A DNA stretch of 59,465 nucleotides, counting the filler, from Bipalium vagum (Eukaryota), in assembly GCA_037834085.1 (NCBI GenBank). It is 3 parts of 3 records of this genome, joined end to end, with 100 filler letters (N's around TTAATTAATTAA, not from the genome) between each part and the next. Parts side by side here need not be neighbours in the genome. Positions count along the whole stretch, not along the records: positions 1 to 15,607 come from JBBMKC010156474.1; positions 15,708 to 42,667 come from JBBMKC010112224.1; 1 more part is not named here. The stretch is one strand, 5' to 3'. Made by a program: the position numbers and the translations under genes. The first letter of the stretch is position 1. Each line of letters starts with the position of its first letter. Below the pieces are notes generated by a model. It saw only the letters and a program-made list of their open reading frames with translations. It was not told the DNA's origin and did not search any database. Shown piece by piece: positions 12,801 through 26,500 of the stretch.

Positions 12801-15466
12801 TTGTTATCTTTGAAAATTTCGTGAAGTCCCAAAATTCATTACATCATTATTCATTTATATATAAATTCAAAACTTCTCGCTTTAATCAATTTATCGCTAG
12901 TATGAGGAGATAATTCAAAACTTTAAAGAAACTCACAAGGAACTCGAATTAATAAAGTCATCTGGAATCTCGACTTCTGATGTGAAAAAAGATATAAATA
13001 CAATGCAAAATGAAAAGGAACAATTGGTCAAAAGAGTAGAGCGACAAAGACGTAAAGTTGAATCGTATCCGAACTCAGAACCAATGCTGGAAATTGCAAA
13101 AAAGTTACGCTCTGAACGGGACAAAGAAAATAAGCTGCAACATCAAATACAAGAACAGAAGGCTACTGTAAATCTATGACGTTGTATGGTTTTGGTATTG
13201 ATTTCCGTTCATTTCAGCTGATGACGATTGAGCAAAAAATCCACAGAATCAACCAACAAGTGAAAGAAATTAGACAAACAGGAGCAAATGCTTCTCCTGA
13301 AAGTAAGCCTGAAAACTCTTTTTGAACACTGGCTTCAAACAGATGAAATAAGTCTTATGATATGTTCTAAAGATATCGTGTTTTCTTATTTATTTTTAGA
13401 CATTTTCAACATTTTATCACAATTACAAATGAGGCGGAAACGGTTAAACCGTTTGACTAAGTGAATAAGATGTATTTGAAATTGTTACTCAAGTTTACGG
13501 TCCCACATATTATATGGAAAATTCTACTTTTCAGATAATAAAAGCATGATAAAATCCCCGATAATAAATTGGATAATTTATTTTTGATCAATATATTGTG
13601 TGCTTTGCTTCCTTTTGTCAATCAATTGAATTGAAGTCCTTCCAGGTCATCATTTTGATTCTTCCCAAAGACTTGTCTTCGTCCATTTTTCTTTTTTGAT
13701 TTCAGAATTATTATTGATTTCCTTTTTGTTACATTGACATTTTTCTGGAAGATTTGTTGACGAAATCTAAATACCTATATTTTTAAAAGTATTTCTGACA
13801 GAAATCATTGATTTTATATAATATTGAAACTTATCATTTAACTGAATAGAGAGAACGAATAATAATCCATTACTCTTAAAATTTCTTTTTATTTCTTCAA
13901 ATGATTGCACAATCACTCCATTTCAATCCGATGAAAAAACAAGCTTTTCAGTTGTGATCTGTGAACTTTTTCGTTTTCTTGATTTTCCTTCAACACTCTT
14001 AAATGTGAAGTTCACTCAAGGCAACGTAATTGCTTGTCTTTTTTCATTTAGAATTGGTTTTTTTGACACTTTCATATTTATTATTTTATTCCATTTTAAT
14101 ATATTGAATTATTGATGTTTTCACAAAACTTTTCCTTTTTTCATTTCAAAGCTTTGATGAATATTTTTTTAAAATTCATCGGTTACATCTCGAAGTTAAT
14201 ACTAGAGTATTAAAAGTCAATTGACTTTTGTTTTAAATTATCGAATTTCATGATATTCAGAAAAGCGGAATAGTTAAGTAAATTAAAATTATAAGAAAAT
14301 TTTTATTTTTGCAGAAAATATTGATTATTTTACCTAAATTCTGTAAATTGATTTTCACAAACCATCTAAAATATCAATTTTTAAAATAATATTTATATAT
14401 ATTTAATAAATAATATTTATCTCTTTACTGACAGGAAAATAAGTTCAAGTAAAAGTTTATTAATTAATCTTTATTGATCAGAACAACATAAATCGTCCAA
14501 TTCGCTAAAATATTAATGTTCTATTAAAAAGATAAACAACAAAATGACGATTATATAGAATTTAGAGAACAAAACCAACTTCGTAAATGACTTGATTTTT
14601 TGATGAGCTTGTCATTGGAGGTGATTGAACGACCAATGAATTTTCCAACTGATGCTCTGTGATCACATCATTTTCAAGTCATTTACTAATAATAATTCTC
14701 CAAATTTCCACAATCATTGGTCTCGTGAATAAACAGTGAATAAACATTTGAATATGTTACTGTACATACAGTCAAATCTCATTACTATGCTACCTGTCGT
14801 GACCTAGCAAGAGTGGCATAGTAACGAGGGTTTGTAAAAACGGATTTATTTTCTCAAGTTACTTATTAGCCCATAGCTCTCGTTAGCTGGCGCATCTTCT
14901 TTTGGCGGATCACGTGCATCTCGTTATCTAAATGATCGCATCCTTGCATCAAATCGGGCTTCCCGTTTTCTGTTGCACGAACTTCCGTACGGTACTCCAA
15001 GCGCACTTGGCTTCTTCGAATGACACGACTTCCTTCTCGCCTTCTCTTCACATCGGATCTTCACCTTTGTATCTCTTCCGCAATCTCCTTCAGTGTAAAA
15101 GTCCTGCCTATTTTTTATAATTTAAGCCAAAATTATAGTGATGTCTCATTTTGAGAGACTATCATATATTTTTATCATTCTCTGTTTCGAATTTCATAAT
15201 ATATTTTAAATTTAATTGATTCACGCCATGGTCCAGAACACAGAGTTTCATTTTTATCATTTGTGTTCAACATTTTTGTTATTATTGTATTCTTTATTTC
15301 AGGTCTCGTTAAAAGACAAGAAGAGGAAGCTCGATTTAACCAATTGATGGTTACCGAAAAGTTACCTAAAGAACTTGCCAAGAATGAAAAATATATTCAA
15401 GACTTGCAAAATCTAATTTTGGAACCAGCTATGAGTCAAGCCGATCTGGACAAAATTACGAAAAAG
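9846..15466 (+). CDS. IFT81: Intraflagellar transport protein 81 (5' part, ~315 aa, truncated by gap)
   Basis: Exons 9846-9989, 10032-10135, 10185-10365, 12901-13167, 13218-13302, 15303-15466 join in frame. N-terminal CH-like domain [54 protein letters not shown], then coiled coil with EKLPKEL and EPAMSQADL, all characteristic of IFT81. No stop before the gap. Confidence 0.93.
10420..10905 (-). mobile_element. Truncated mariner relic in IFT81 intron 3
   Basis: Minus-strand KWVP motif at ~10555. Terminus reads TA-TTAGGTAGGTGCAAAAATAAT on the minus strand (Hsmar1-like TIR). Confidence 0.6.
12144..12633. mobile_element. Short pogo-type MITE interrupted by a maT derivative
   Basis: Left end AGTTAAACCTCTTTATAACGA. 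Right end TCGTTATA[insert]AGAGTTTCCACTG-TA is its approximate reverse complement. Confidence 0.6.
12200..12619 (+). mobile_element. Internally deleted maT/DD37D-like non-autonomous element (420 bp)
   Basis: TIRs CAGGGTGCGCCACTTAAATC / GATTTAAGTGGCGCACTCTG (19/20 match), preceded by TA. Contains transposase N-terminus [41 protein letters not shown]. Confidence 0.8.
14768..15160 (-). mobile_element. pogo/Tigger-like end fragment
   Basis: TA-CAGTCAAATCTCATTACTATGC terminus with an internal inverted repeat (CTCATTACTATGC..GCATAGTAACGAG). GC-richer than its flanks. [15 protein letters not shown] resembles a Tigger C-terminal tail. Confidence 0.45.
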
Positions 15467-15535
15467 GTGAAATATTTTATTTTTCTATGTTTTCCATTAT
15501 TAATATTATTATTGTTACTGGTATTATTGTTACTG

Positions 15536-15607
<72 letters not shown>

Positions 15608-15707
15608 NNNNNNNNNNNNNNNNNNNNNNNNNNNNNNNNNNNNNNNNNNNNTTAATTAATTAANNNNNNNNNNNNNNNNNNNNNNNNNNNNNNNNNNNNN
15701 NNNNNNN

Positions 15708-15776
<69 letters not shown>
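15536..15776. repeat. (ATT)n and (TAA)n microsatellites flanking the gap linker
   Basis: Pure ATT run 15536-15607 and TAA run 15708-15776. Source of the poly-Leu ORF artefact. Confidence 0.95.
15608..15707. other. Artificial contig linker N44-TTAATTAATTAA-N44
   Basis: Exactly 100 nt with a palindromic six-frame stop cassette in the centre. Identical to 42668-42767. Confidence 0.97.
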
Positions 15777-15778
<2 letters not shown>

Positions 15779-16334
15779 TCATAACATATTAGACACTATA
15801 ACATATTGAACATTCTAATTTTTTCATTGCTTTCCTTTTCTTATTTTAAATATATAATTTTTAACATATAATTTATGTCAAAATAAATATAAATAAAATA
15901 ATTTATATGAAAAATATATAAATTCTTTGATATATATTTTCATGGAAACTATGCAACAAATTTACAATGTTTTATTATTTTATGAAGACATCAAAAAATT
16001 ATTTTCTCATTTTCTGTAATGAAAAGCAATCTCTCAACTTATTCAATAAAGGACGGGTGAGCTTGTTAGACTATTTCTCTGTGTCGACAGCTCATTTCAT
16101 GATTATTATTTTTTGGAATATTAACAATAAACGATATCTCATACTGTTTTTGGGATCCTTAATTAAAACAAAATAATTACATATTTAATAATAAAAGATT
16201 GATATATTGAAATTATAGTCTTGGTATTGACATATATGTTATACCTTTTATAAATAAGCTAAAACATTTTATATATTTCTGTATTTTTTTCGTTTACAAT
16301 TTTTCTTATAGCTATTATTATATAATTCATATAG

Positions 16335-16872
16335 TAACAGATCCCTAGACAGTGGGGTAGGACCTGATGACGCTGTGTACAGGAATGGATTTGTTTTCCA
16401 GAATGTAAGAAGTTCTAATTACGTATCTCCCTTTTCAACATTGGCATCCTCTAACAATTCGATCGGTCAAAACAATATCATTAATCGATATTGGCAGTCC
16501 TATCAGCCTGAATTCATACATTCACAAACCTCCGAAACTGATTCTAATAGAATGACCAGTAACGATAATTCCAACTTTAACGGTTCAATGCCTCCGGATT
16601 TTGTTCCATCGCCGAAGGAGTCCTGCGTGTCTTTAATACCGAACCCTGGAAATAACCAGTCATTTGTTTGTATACCAATCGAAGAATATCAGCAACATAT
16701 GCGCTTTCTTCTCGATTCTCAAGGTCCATCATCACTACGGTCATTTTCTATAGCGTCCGGTTCAACAAATAATGGAAATGTGATATTCAACCAAAATCAA
16801 CGGAACCAGAATGGAAACATCAGTCCCACCGATGTGTCTGTAAAATCCAATTCAACGAACTCAAAAGCGTAA
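16335..16872 (+). CDS. Terminal exon of an unidentified gene (Ser/Asn/Gln-rich, probably disordered)
   Basis: Acceptor ..catatag at 16334, ~178 open codons (NRSLDSGVGPDDAVYRNG...NSKA*), GC above background, AATAAA at ~17064. No resemblance to IFT81. Confidence 0.6.
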
Positions 16873-17823
16873 CGAATAGTGCTGATCAGTTTCGGTACTC
16901 GTAGTCTCTTTTGGGAATTTTGATAGAAGTACCTTTAAAAAGTATTTCTGTGGACTTTGTTTTATCAAGTCATTCAATGGAGGTCGCGAAAGTGTTGTAA
17001 ATATTTTTCTTGGCTGTCATCTTTTTTGGATTATATGTATTATCACTAACAAAATTATCAAAGAATAAAGTTTTTATTTAATTATTTTGACTTTTATCAA
17101 GATTATTATAATCATTTACTGGAAGTGTAGAACCTGTATTCATTAAGATAATATCATTTTCTTGGACATCAAAATCAATCAAGAAAAATTGATGAAACAA
17201 TGAAATACGGCTATCACGACGTAGCAAACCGTAGCAAATTCGTCGTAATATCCGAACAATATTACATCCCATATAATATTTTAATTACTATTTAGCATAG
17301 CAAACTTGATTTTCTAACAAGAACAAAGTGGAACACATTAGTTTTATTTCAAATATACATAAGTAGGTACATCCATTTGATTTTATTTCTCAAAATATTC
17401 AGTAATTTTCTTGGATGGGTAATCTGTTGCATGAAAGATTGCTATTACAGATTCAATAACATGAATTGACTATATGGTTATTTCATCTTATAAATTCTAT
17501 AATGAGATCAATGGTGTTTTGAGCTAAGAAAGCAGTCGACGTTGTTATCTTCTTTCTCAGCGAGAAATTCATCGCTAGTTATATTTCTGCTGTAAGAATG
17601 TTAGAACCGTTCGTCAACATTAGAATAATCACTAACACTGTTCGTTTCCAAATATATTAGTATTATTCACTGTACAGTCCCTTGCCATATTATTAGGGAC
17701 ACTTAGAAAAATGTTTGTTGGAATATTAATATAAAGTAATTAGCTATTGAAGATGTACAGCGATAATCTGGACATTTTAAAGTTAAACCGTATTAATATT
17801 ATTATCAAATTCTAAAATTTACT

Positions 17824-18650
17824 GTACATCCAGACCTCATTAATCTTAAACTCGATTGTCCGAACGAATAACTTTTTAAATCAATATTTGGATTAATTTA
17901 ATACCAAATCTTTTCGATAAATCGAATATTTATAATTCCTAATCCGAAGCATTTTTAATAACTTTTTTTATGGAAGATGAGTCAAAATTCGGATTAATTT
18001 TCTAATTTTTTAAAATAATTAATTTTTATTTTATAATAAATTAATAAAAACTTTAGGTAAATTTTAACTTGAAATTTCAGTCCATTTAATTATAATTATT
18101 GACAGATGACAAGGAAAAGCAAAGAGATATCAATTGGATTAAAGAAGGAAATATGGAGCTTGAAATTTAAAAAGTTGAAATTGTCAATTAGTGACAAAAG
18201 TGCTGACCATAAGGAACTTCTCAATATAATTCGGTAATTAGATTATAAGTAAACATTTAAGAAACTCTGAAAAATGGATGGATTTAGAGTAATAGTGATA
18301 GAACAAGGACAAAGAATGCAAAGCATAACCAATTAAAGAGGATACCTTTTTATGGATATGTAAAATGAACCCAAAAAAGGATTTCTCAATGACGAGATAA
18401 TAATAGGGGAAGAAAAAACATTTATTGAAAAGTTGAATGTTCGCAATTTTCCGGACTCCCGTGGTTGGCTTTCAAGCTTTAAGAAAAGATTCAATTTAAA
18501 ACTGAGTTTTACATAATGAAGCGGGCTCAATCAATGACAAAAATGTTAATGTTGCAAGGAATATTATAAGAGGACAGATGAAATATATTGATTCAGAATT
18601 CTTGTTAAATATTAAAGAAACTGGCTTTGTTGTTCAAGTAATACTTTGTT
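17824..18650 (+). mobile_element. Degenerate Tigger/pogo relic
   Basis: FPDSRGWLSSFKKRFNL at ~18450 matches the CENP-B-type HTH motif F.aS.GWL..FKkR. Many stops. Confidence 0.65.
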
Positions 18651-19194
18651 TTTTTTATTCATGATTTACAGTTCAGATTGCTGCTGTTTCATTATTGGTG
18701 AAATATTTAGGTGAAGCTTTGTTATGGATAAATTTGTGAAGAAAGGAATTATTATTGAAAATAGTATAAAGATACGTATAAATACTACTGACTAAAGATA
18801 GTCAAAAATTGTAGCTGCCAACGGAAAATATATTGACTGAAATAATTTTTTTATTATTTTAAATAAACAACTTTATTTTCATAAAAAAATGATGGGAATT
18901 AATTCCCATACTTAACGTGTAAATGAATTTTAGTTATAAAAAGTTCATTAGTTCGAGTAGTATATTTTCATGTTTGAAAGTATTTGTTTGAGGTCTATAG
19001 TTGGTGATACGATAAAGTTAATAATAAAGACACAATAATAAAGTTTTTACAAGATAAACTTTGTTATGATTATTCGCTTTAGTTTATTTCCAATCCAATT
19101 AAAAATTTTAATTTATGTTTTGTATAAACTCTTACTATTTTAAAATTAATTAATGTAATTAATTTATATTTATTATAAAATTTATTTATTTTAA

Positions 19195-19445
19195 TATTTA
19201 ATTTTTTCTTTTTATATTTAATATTTAAATTATTTAATATGTAAATTATTTAATATTTAAATTATTCAATATTTAAATTATTTAATATTTAAATTATTTA
19301 ATATTTAATATTTTAATTTTTTAAAAGTTTTTAATATTTAATATTTAATATTTAACTTTTTATATTTAATATTTTTTTTATATTTTATTTTTTTTTATAT
19401 TTTATTTTTTTTAATATTTAATATTTAATATTTTATTTTATATTA
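19195..19445. repeat. AT-only minisatellite (~16-nt ATTTAAATTATTTAAT and 7-nt ATATTTA units)
   Basis: Near-perfect tandem copies 19222-19285 decaying into ATATTTA and T-rich repeats. Confidence 0.75.
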
Positions 19446-19849
19446 TACAATTATTATTTCCTTTGTTATTACAAAAATGATTAAAGTACCATATGAAACA
19501 AAACTCATTATCTTGGATCAAATAACAAAGGCTCTATATTGAACACTTTGAGAATTGTCAAGCCTGGTCAACTAATGAGAAATGTATATTTAAACCTTTT
19601 ATGTATTCAATTTTACTTTATTAAATAATTTGGTTGAAAATTGTAAAATGTCTTCTAAGAGCGAAAATCGTGGACTGAAAACTTGAAAAGTAAATAACAT
19701 TATGCTTTCAAATCTTAATGGTTTATATTGGAAATATATAAAATGTAATTTAATAAAAAATAGAAAGAAAAGTTTTAAATTTTATATTTAAAGAAATATA
19801 ATGTTTTCGTATTAATTGTCCATCCATTAGATCTCCGAAACAAATAGAC

Positions 19850-20051
19850 TCACACAAAACAAACAGGATAAATATTTGCGCCTAAGACACATTTTCCATC
19901 TTTACGGAAAAACTTTATTTGAAAGTCTGTTATTGGAAGCATATCCGGTTTATTTGTACTTAAGACCATCTTCGTAAACGTTCCAGGTACTTTATACTAA
20001 GATCAAAATAATATAATAAATCAAAATTCGTAGTAAATTTAAAAATATATA

Positions 20052-20112
<61 letters not shown>

Positions 20113-20508
20113 ATTGTTGTTGTTGTTATTTTTATTATTGTAATTATTATTAATTTTTATTTTTATTAATAACATTATTATTAAATTCATTCAAAGCTTT
20201 AACTAATTATTATTAAGTAAGGTGTCATTAAAAGTTAGCAATTTATAACAAAAATAATATTTATTTCATCTATTGATTTAACGGATAAAGATAATATTAA
20301 CTTTTTAAACACTTCAGGTGAAAAATTATTTGCTCATTGAGAAATGTAAATAAGTTTCTGATATTTTAAAGTCAATCATCTTGCAGTGGCAGAGGAAGTG
20401 CAAATAATAAATCAAAAGTATTACGTTAAAGTTAACTTTAAAAACGAAATTTTAGAATAACTAATAATAAATGTTAAACATTTAAAATAATAATAAAAAT
20501 AACAACAA

Positions 20509-20564
<56 letters not shown>

Positions 20565-23500
20565 TTACATTTATACAAGAAATAGTAATAAAATGATGAC
20601 AAGAAAGAAATCTTCAGAAAATTATAGTCTGGTTATTTCAAAATGAAAATTTAGATGAAACAGAAAAAACACAAGGCTCAATGTCAGAGAATCCTATGCT
20701 AAGAAGAATACATAAACGAGAGAATATACTGAGAATAGTAAAATTGTATTTTAAAAATTTGCAAAACTTTGCCTACTAGACGAATAGAAAATAATATGGA
20801 TAAATAAAATGTGTTTATAACGACGTCACTTTTTAATCCTTTGATAACTGACATTTTAATTTATCAATAAAATATATTTTTACAACATTTTAAAACAGGT
20901 TTAACTTAATTCAAAAATTCGAGCAATGAGGTTATTTGTGAAGCAAGACATCTGACAAATGAGTGCCTTGTCCGTACAAGCACAGGTTGACTCTTGTTAT
21001 GAAATTTTTTATGACATTTTGGCATTGGCTCTTGGAAATTTCAGTCATCAAGTTTTGCATTTCTTCTTTTAACTCATCAAGATTTAGGATTTGTTAACGT
21101 ATACCTTATCTTTAAGATAACCCCAAAGACAGGAGTCTGGGAGCGTCAAGTCACACGATCGTCCTGCATTTTCGAATTGTTTCTGCAAAACATGACCCAT
21201 TCTGATAATGAATTTTGACAATTTGTATGCGTTGTTGGATTGTATAATTTTGCATTTTGAAATATCAACATTTATAGATATTAAAACAAGTATATATACG
21301 ATGGTATTTTTGCAATAGAAATTATAGCCAATTTATAATGTTAGTCCTTTATGAATGACCCTATAAAATATATTTTTTTTAAAGAGAAAATCAAACTGGA
21401 ACATGAATAAAACAAACAAACCTGAAACTTGAACATATTTACATAAAATATTTGCTTTCAGTTCAAACTAACTTTACATTCGTCGTAGAGAATGGTAACG
21501 TTAAAAATGCTGTGGCCATTATCAAATAGATAAACTTTTTTATCCAAATATCCATATCCGGGACCGAGAGATTGTCCTTTTATTAAATCAATATGTCTGT
21601 CATCAAATGTTTGAAAGGCCGTTGTATAATTGAAATTCTCTTTATTGTTTAAGAGATATCCATATACAACACATTCTTCGCACAGAAATTCAATTTCCTG
21701 TTCGGCATATCCTGACTTAATCTGGAGAAACTTTAACTGACTCTCATGAGGGTAACCTTTTCCTATCTGTTACATGAGGTTTTAAAATATTCTCATATTA
21801 CATTATCTTACATCAGGAGGAAATAATGCCACCCCTTCAAGCCTTAGTTCACTTTGCCAAACCGTTTCTGGATCATAAGGCCTCAAATAAGTCAATAAAT
21901 CACCCTAAGCACGAAATTGATAAATATTAATAAATAAACAAAAAAATCTTTTAAATCAAAATAAATAAAAACGCACTTTATGCTATATTATAACTGAAAT
22001 AATTGAAAGTTTATTAAAATTATAACATGTCCACAGTTATTATTAACATTCTTTCTAAATTTCAGTGATCGTTACTCTATTTAATGTTGCTTTAGTGCAT
22101 TGTTCTGCAAACCTTATCAATTTGACATACTATCAGGTTGTGTTGTATGAAATTTGTAAAATGAAAAACAAAGTTTATTAATAAATTACAAATAAAAGAA
22201 ACTATGCTATTCATCAAATAGGCACCCATATTGTCTACACATTTTTGCCATTTAAGCGGCAGCTTGTTCATGCCGGTCATATAAAACCCTGGCGGGCGAG
22301 TGTCAAGGAATTCCTGGAAGGCCAATTTCATATCATCGTCAGATTTGAATTGTTTTCCACCGAAACAGTTGTCCAAATTGCGAAAGAAATAGTAATCAGT
22401 TGGAGCTATGTCTGGTGAGTATGGAGGATGATTAAGAAGTTCCAACTCCAACTCCTGTATTTTTGCCACACTCATGTGTGATTAGCATTATCCTGCAATA
22501 AAATAGGAATTGATCTATTGATTAATTTTTGCTGTTTTATTTTAATTTTTTTCACCATTTCGTCCAATAATTTACAGTACACTTCTGCTGTGATCGATGA
22601 GCCCTGTTGCAAGAATTCATAATGAATCACACCTGCACTACACCACCAAACACTCACCATCAGTTTCTTTTCATGAATATTACGCTATGGACTGTGTTTC
22701 GGTGGTTCATCTTTGTCCAACCACTGTGAAGAATGTTTGCAGTTGTCATATCTTATCCATTTTTCGTCACAAGTGACAATACGATTCAAAAGTAGATCAG
22801 ATTTTTATCCAGAAAGGAACATCAAACAGGCTTGCAAACGCTTTTCTTTTTGTTTTGCATTCAGTTGATGAGGAACCCATTTATCTAATTTTATCACCTT
22901 TCCTATTTGATTTATATGATCTAAAATAGTTTTTTTGGTGACACCAAACTTTACAGACAATTCCTGGGCACTCTGACATGGGTTAGACTCAATGATCATC
23001 TTTAATTTGTCGTTGCACACCTTTGATTCATGGTGGCTCATTTTGGAGGTTAAAATTATCCTTACGAAATTTTAAAAACCAATTGGAAACTGTTTGTTGT
23101 GCAGTTACACGAGTCCCAAATACTGCAATTATGTTTTCAGCTGTCTGCAATGCCGTTGTTTTGCGTAAAAACTCATATTTCATAATTACGCGTATTTCCG
23201 ATATATCCATTTTTAAAAAAAGATTAATTTAAACAATTGATTTATACTTTATCAGATTAAAATGATATTTTCAAACAAGACAGATATATAATTTACCAAC
23301 GCAAAAAATAGAAAGGTAAAATATCAAGCCGATATCAAATAAACAACAATTAAATTTGGCATTTTAATTACCTACAAATTTCATACTAGACAACCTGATA
23401 TAAGTCTGTTATGAAGTTAGCAATGCAAAACATGTGATTGTCATATCACTATTTGTTTAAATATTCATATATGTTATAACGTCATTGACATCATTTGAAA

Positions 23501-26500
23501 GATTAAGTTTTATGCTTTCAGTACATAAATTTTTTTCTAAATTAGAATTCACTTAGCCATATAATTAAACTATTTATTTTAAAATGGATGGTACAGATTG
23601 TTGCCTATTTTTTTACAAATACAGATTTTGTAATAACTCCAAGGAAGCTGCAGAAAACATCAACAAGACATTTAGACAAAGCACTGTGAAGGATCACAGA
23701 ATTAGATTTTGGTTTAGAATTTTAATGTGGTGATACAAAGCCTGAGAATAAAATTCACCGACATCGAGAAACTAAGTGGATAATAATAATATGAATACTT
23801 TGAAAATTCAGTCGCATAGATTCAAAGTTCAACAAAGATTTTAAAAACTTTTTGAAGATAGGAAAAACCTTAAGGTAGGGTGTCATGCTTATGTTAAAGA
23901 TAAAGTGTGACCATTGTGAATTCCATAGAATGAAATCATTGTTTTGCAAGTTAATCCAGGTTAAATAATGTAATATTTATTGAAGACAGTATCTGGGCTC
24001 CAAAAATCTCCATAAAAATATCAAATTAAAATATTTTCTCAATTTAAACAATAAAAATTAAAAATTACAATTTAAAAATATTTGAATAATAAAAATTCAT
24101 AGTATCATTTTAGGGAACTTCATTCAAAGTGAACTCACCGACTCAAAAGTAGACCTAATACAGGTCAAGAAAGGCTTTTTGGTAATGTGAGAATATTTCT
24201 GTTCACTTTTTCTGCAAATTCCCTGAAAGGAATCATTCGGCTGTCCTTCATTAGGATCCAGCCATACGTCACCTGTCAACGTTGTATTGTTCTTTAAGTC
24301 TTGGCAACTGTTCAGTGGCCATTTTGAGGACATTCCTCTGTTCAATCTATAATTTCTAATAGTTCTAAGAATATCATTCACTTTATTCGATGCATGAACT
24401 TTTATGGATGCCAAATTTATTAATTTTAGTTCCTCTAATTATATTTAACAATTTATCATAATCTATAACCAAAAATACCATTATATAGATCTAAGAGAGA
24501 CAAACTAAGATCTGAAAGGAAAGACTTGTTATAAATTTTAAGTGATACATTTCCTATGGAGCCAGTTGATCCCAATTCACCATTTTCACCATTTTCTCCG
24601 ATTTCACCTTTTATTCCTGTAATTGAAAACTAAATATAAATTAAAATTGAATATTTATAAACCTTTCTGACCACGTGGTCCCGTTTTGCCCCTTTCTCCA
24701 GTAAATCCTGGATCACCACGAGGCCCTTGAATACCCTTTGTTCCTTTAGGTCCAATATTTCCCTTGATTCCACTTGTACCAATTGTACCACTTAAAATAG
24801 ATCCTCGATCTCCAACTATTCCCTTTACACCATCTGAACCACTTTTTCCGGGACTCCCAACTTCACCTTTCATTCCTTTATCTCCTTTAAATCCACTTTC
24901 CCCAACCGAACCCTAAAAATTTATTATTTATTTATGATACAAAAAATGTAAACCATTTCTCCTTTATTTCCTTTCATTCCTGGTATTGAAGCAGGTTGAA
25001 CACCCTAGTTTAATATTTAGAAATAAGTAGTACAATAAAATATTATTGAACATGAAAAAATAAGCCAATGTTTAGATAAACTTATGAATAAAATAGTAAA
25101 TAGTAAAGGACATGGTCTTACTTTTTGACCTTCATTGCCAGGAAAGCCTATAATACCATCGCTTCCATTTATCCCTTTTAATCCCTTTTCACCAGTAATA
25201 CCAGTTATTCCTTTTTGTCCCTTGTCTCCTTTATCTCCAATTTCACCATCTTTTCCAGATTTCCCTTTAGGACCAGTATCACCAGGTGGACCTCGTAATC
25301 CTGGTAATCCTTTTAAACCGGGAAGACCAGTGACACCGTCATCTCCTTTAGATCCAGCTAATCCAGGAACACCCAATAACCCAGTCTCTCCCTTTTCACC
25401 TCTCATACCACTCGAACCCTTAATTCCTTTGTTTCCAATAGGTCCCTATTTAGCATATAAAAATGTTTCATATCGAAAATACTAACATCATCACCTTTTT
25501 CTCCAGGTGCACCAGGAATTCCTTTTGAACCCGGTTGCTTGATTAATTTTCCAGGTTTACCTTTCGCTCCTTTTACTCCTTTTAATCCTTTTTTACCGAT
25601 AACTCCTTGAAAACCTTTTAGTCCTTTTTGTCCAATTATTCCCATATCTCCTTTAACTCCGATTAAGCCTTTCATTCCTTTTAAACCTTTTTTGCCTAAA
25701 TTTCCTTGTGATCCTCGTATTCCTTGGGACCCAATTAATCCTTGATACCCAACAGACCCAGGTTGACCTTTATCTCCCATAATACCGTTTCTTCCTTTTA
25801 GTCCTTTTACTCCTAAATTACCTCTCAATCCCTATAAAATTACCGTTTAATGTTTTAATAATGTAAAATTACTTGGAAACCCGGTCTTCCTGTCAAACCT
25901 TTTCCTCCTTTTTGACCCTCTTTACCAGGATATCCTTGACCACCTTGCACTCCGTGTTCCCCATTAATTGCTATTCCGTTAATTCCTGGTGGCCCAATTG
26001 GTCCCCTTAAACCCTAAACTCAAATAATTTATGTGTTAATTATTAACATTACCATATCTCCTTTGCATCCCTTATCACCAGGAAATCCTTTATCACCACG
26101 ATCCCCTTTTTCGCCATGTCTACCCATAAGGCCTTGATATCCCTTTTCACCAGGTTCACCTTTTTCTCCCTTTTCACCTTCTACGAATATTTCCTTTTCT
26201 AAAAATCTGGGAAACTACAGAATCTTCAGAAAACATTTTATTAATGAAATTATGCTTAAAAATATATTTATTTCTCAGTTTATTTTATTAAATAAATAAA
26301 TTCAGAGAAGAGGACAAATAAAATAAATTGTAAATGTGTTTTTCTGCAAACAAGAGAAGCATTCTCAGTGAAATATTGAAATATTGATTTATAAAATAAT
26401 AAAAATAATAAATATAAAACGAATTAACAGAAAAAGGTCAATAGTGAATGTAACCTTTTAGTAAACAGATACGTCCTTCTAAAATATGTTTGGTGAGTTG

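Noticed and set aside
15470-15655. Poly-Leu 'transmembrane' ORF tail (also the poly-Asn ORF at 19960-20190)
   Set aside because: Translation of intronic (ATT/AAT)n microsatellites.
15652-15663. TTAATTAATTAA palindrome as a biological element
   Set aside because: Synthetic six-frame stop linker inside N padding.
17078-17630. Short minus-strand ORFs
   Set aside because: Could not be spliced into a coherent model. May be 3' UTR or flank of the 16335-16872 exon.
22133-23398. Active or domesticated (SETMAR-like) transposase
   Set aside because: At least three frame disruptions, intact TIR/TSD context, and no fusion exon evident.
25135-25485. Pro-rich + strand ORF
   Set aside because: Antisense shadow of collagen Gly codons.
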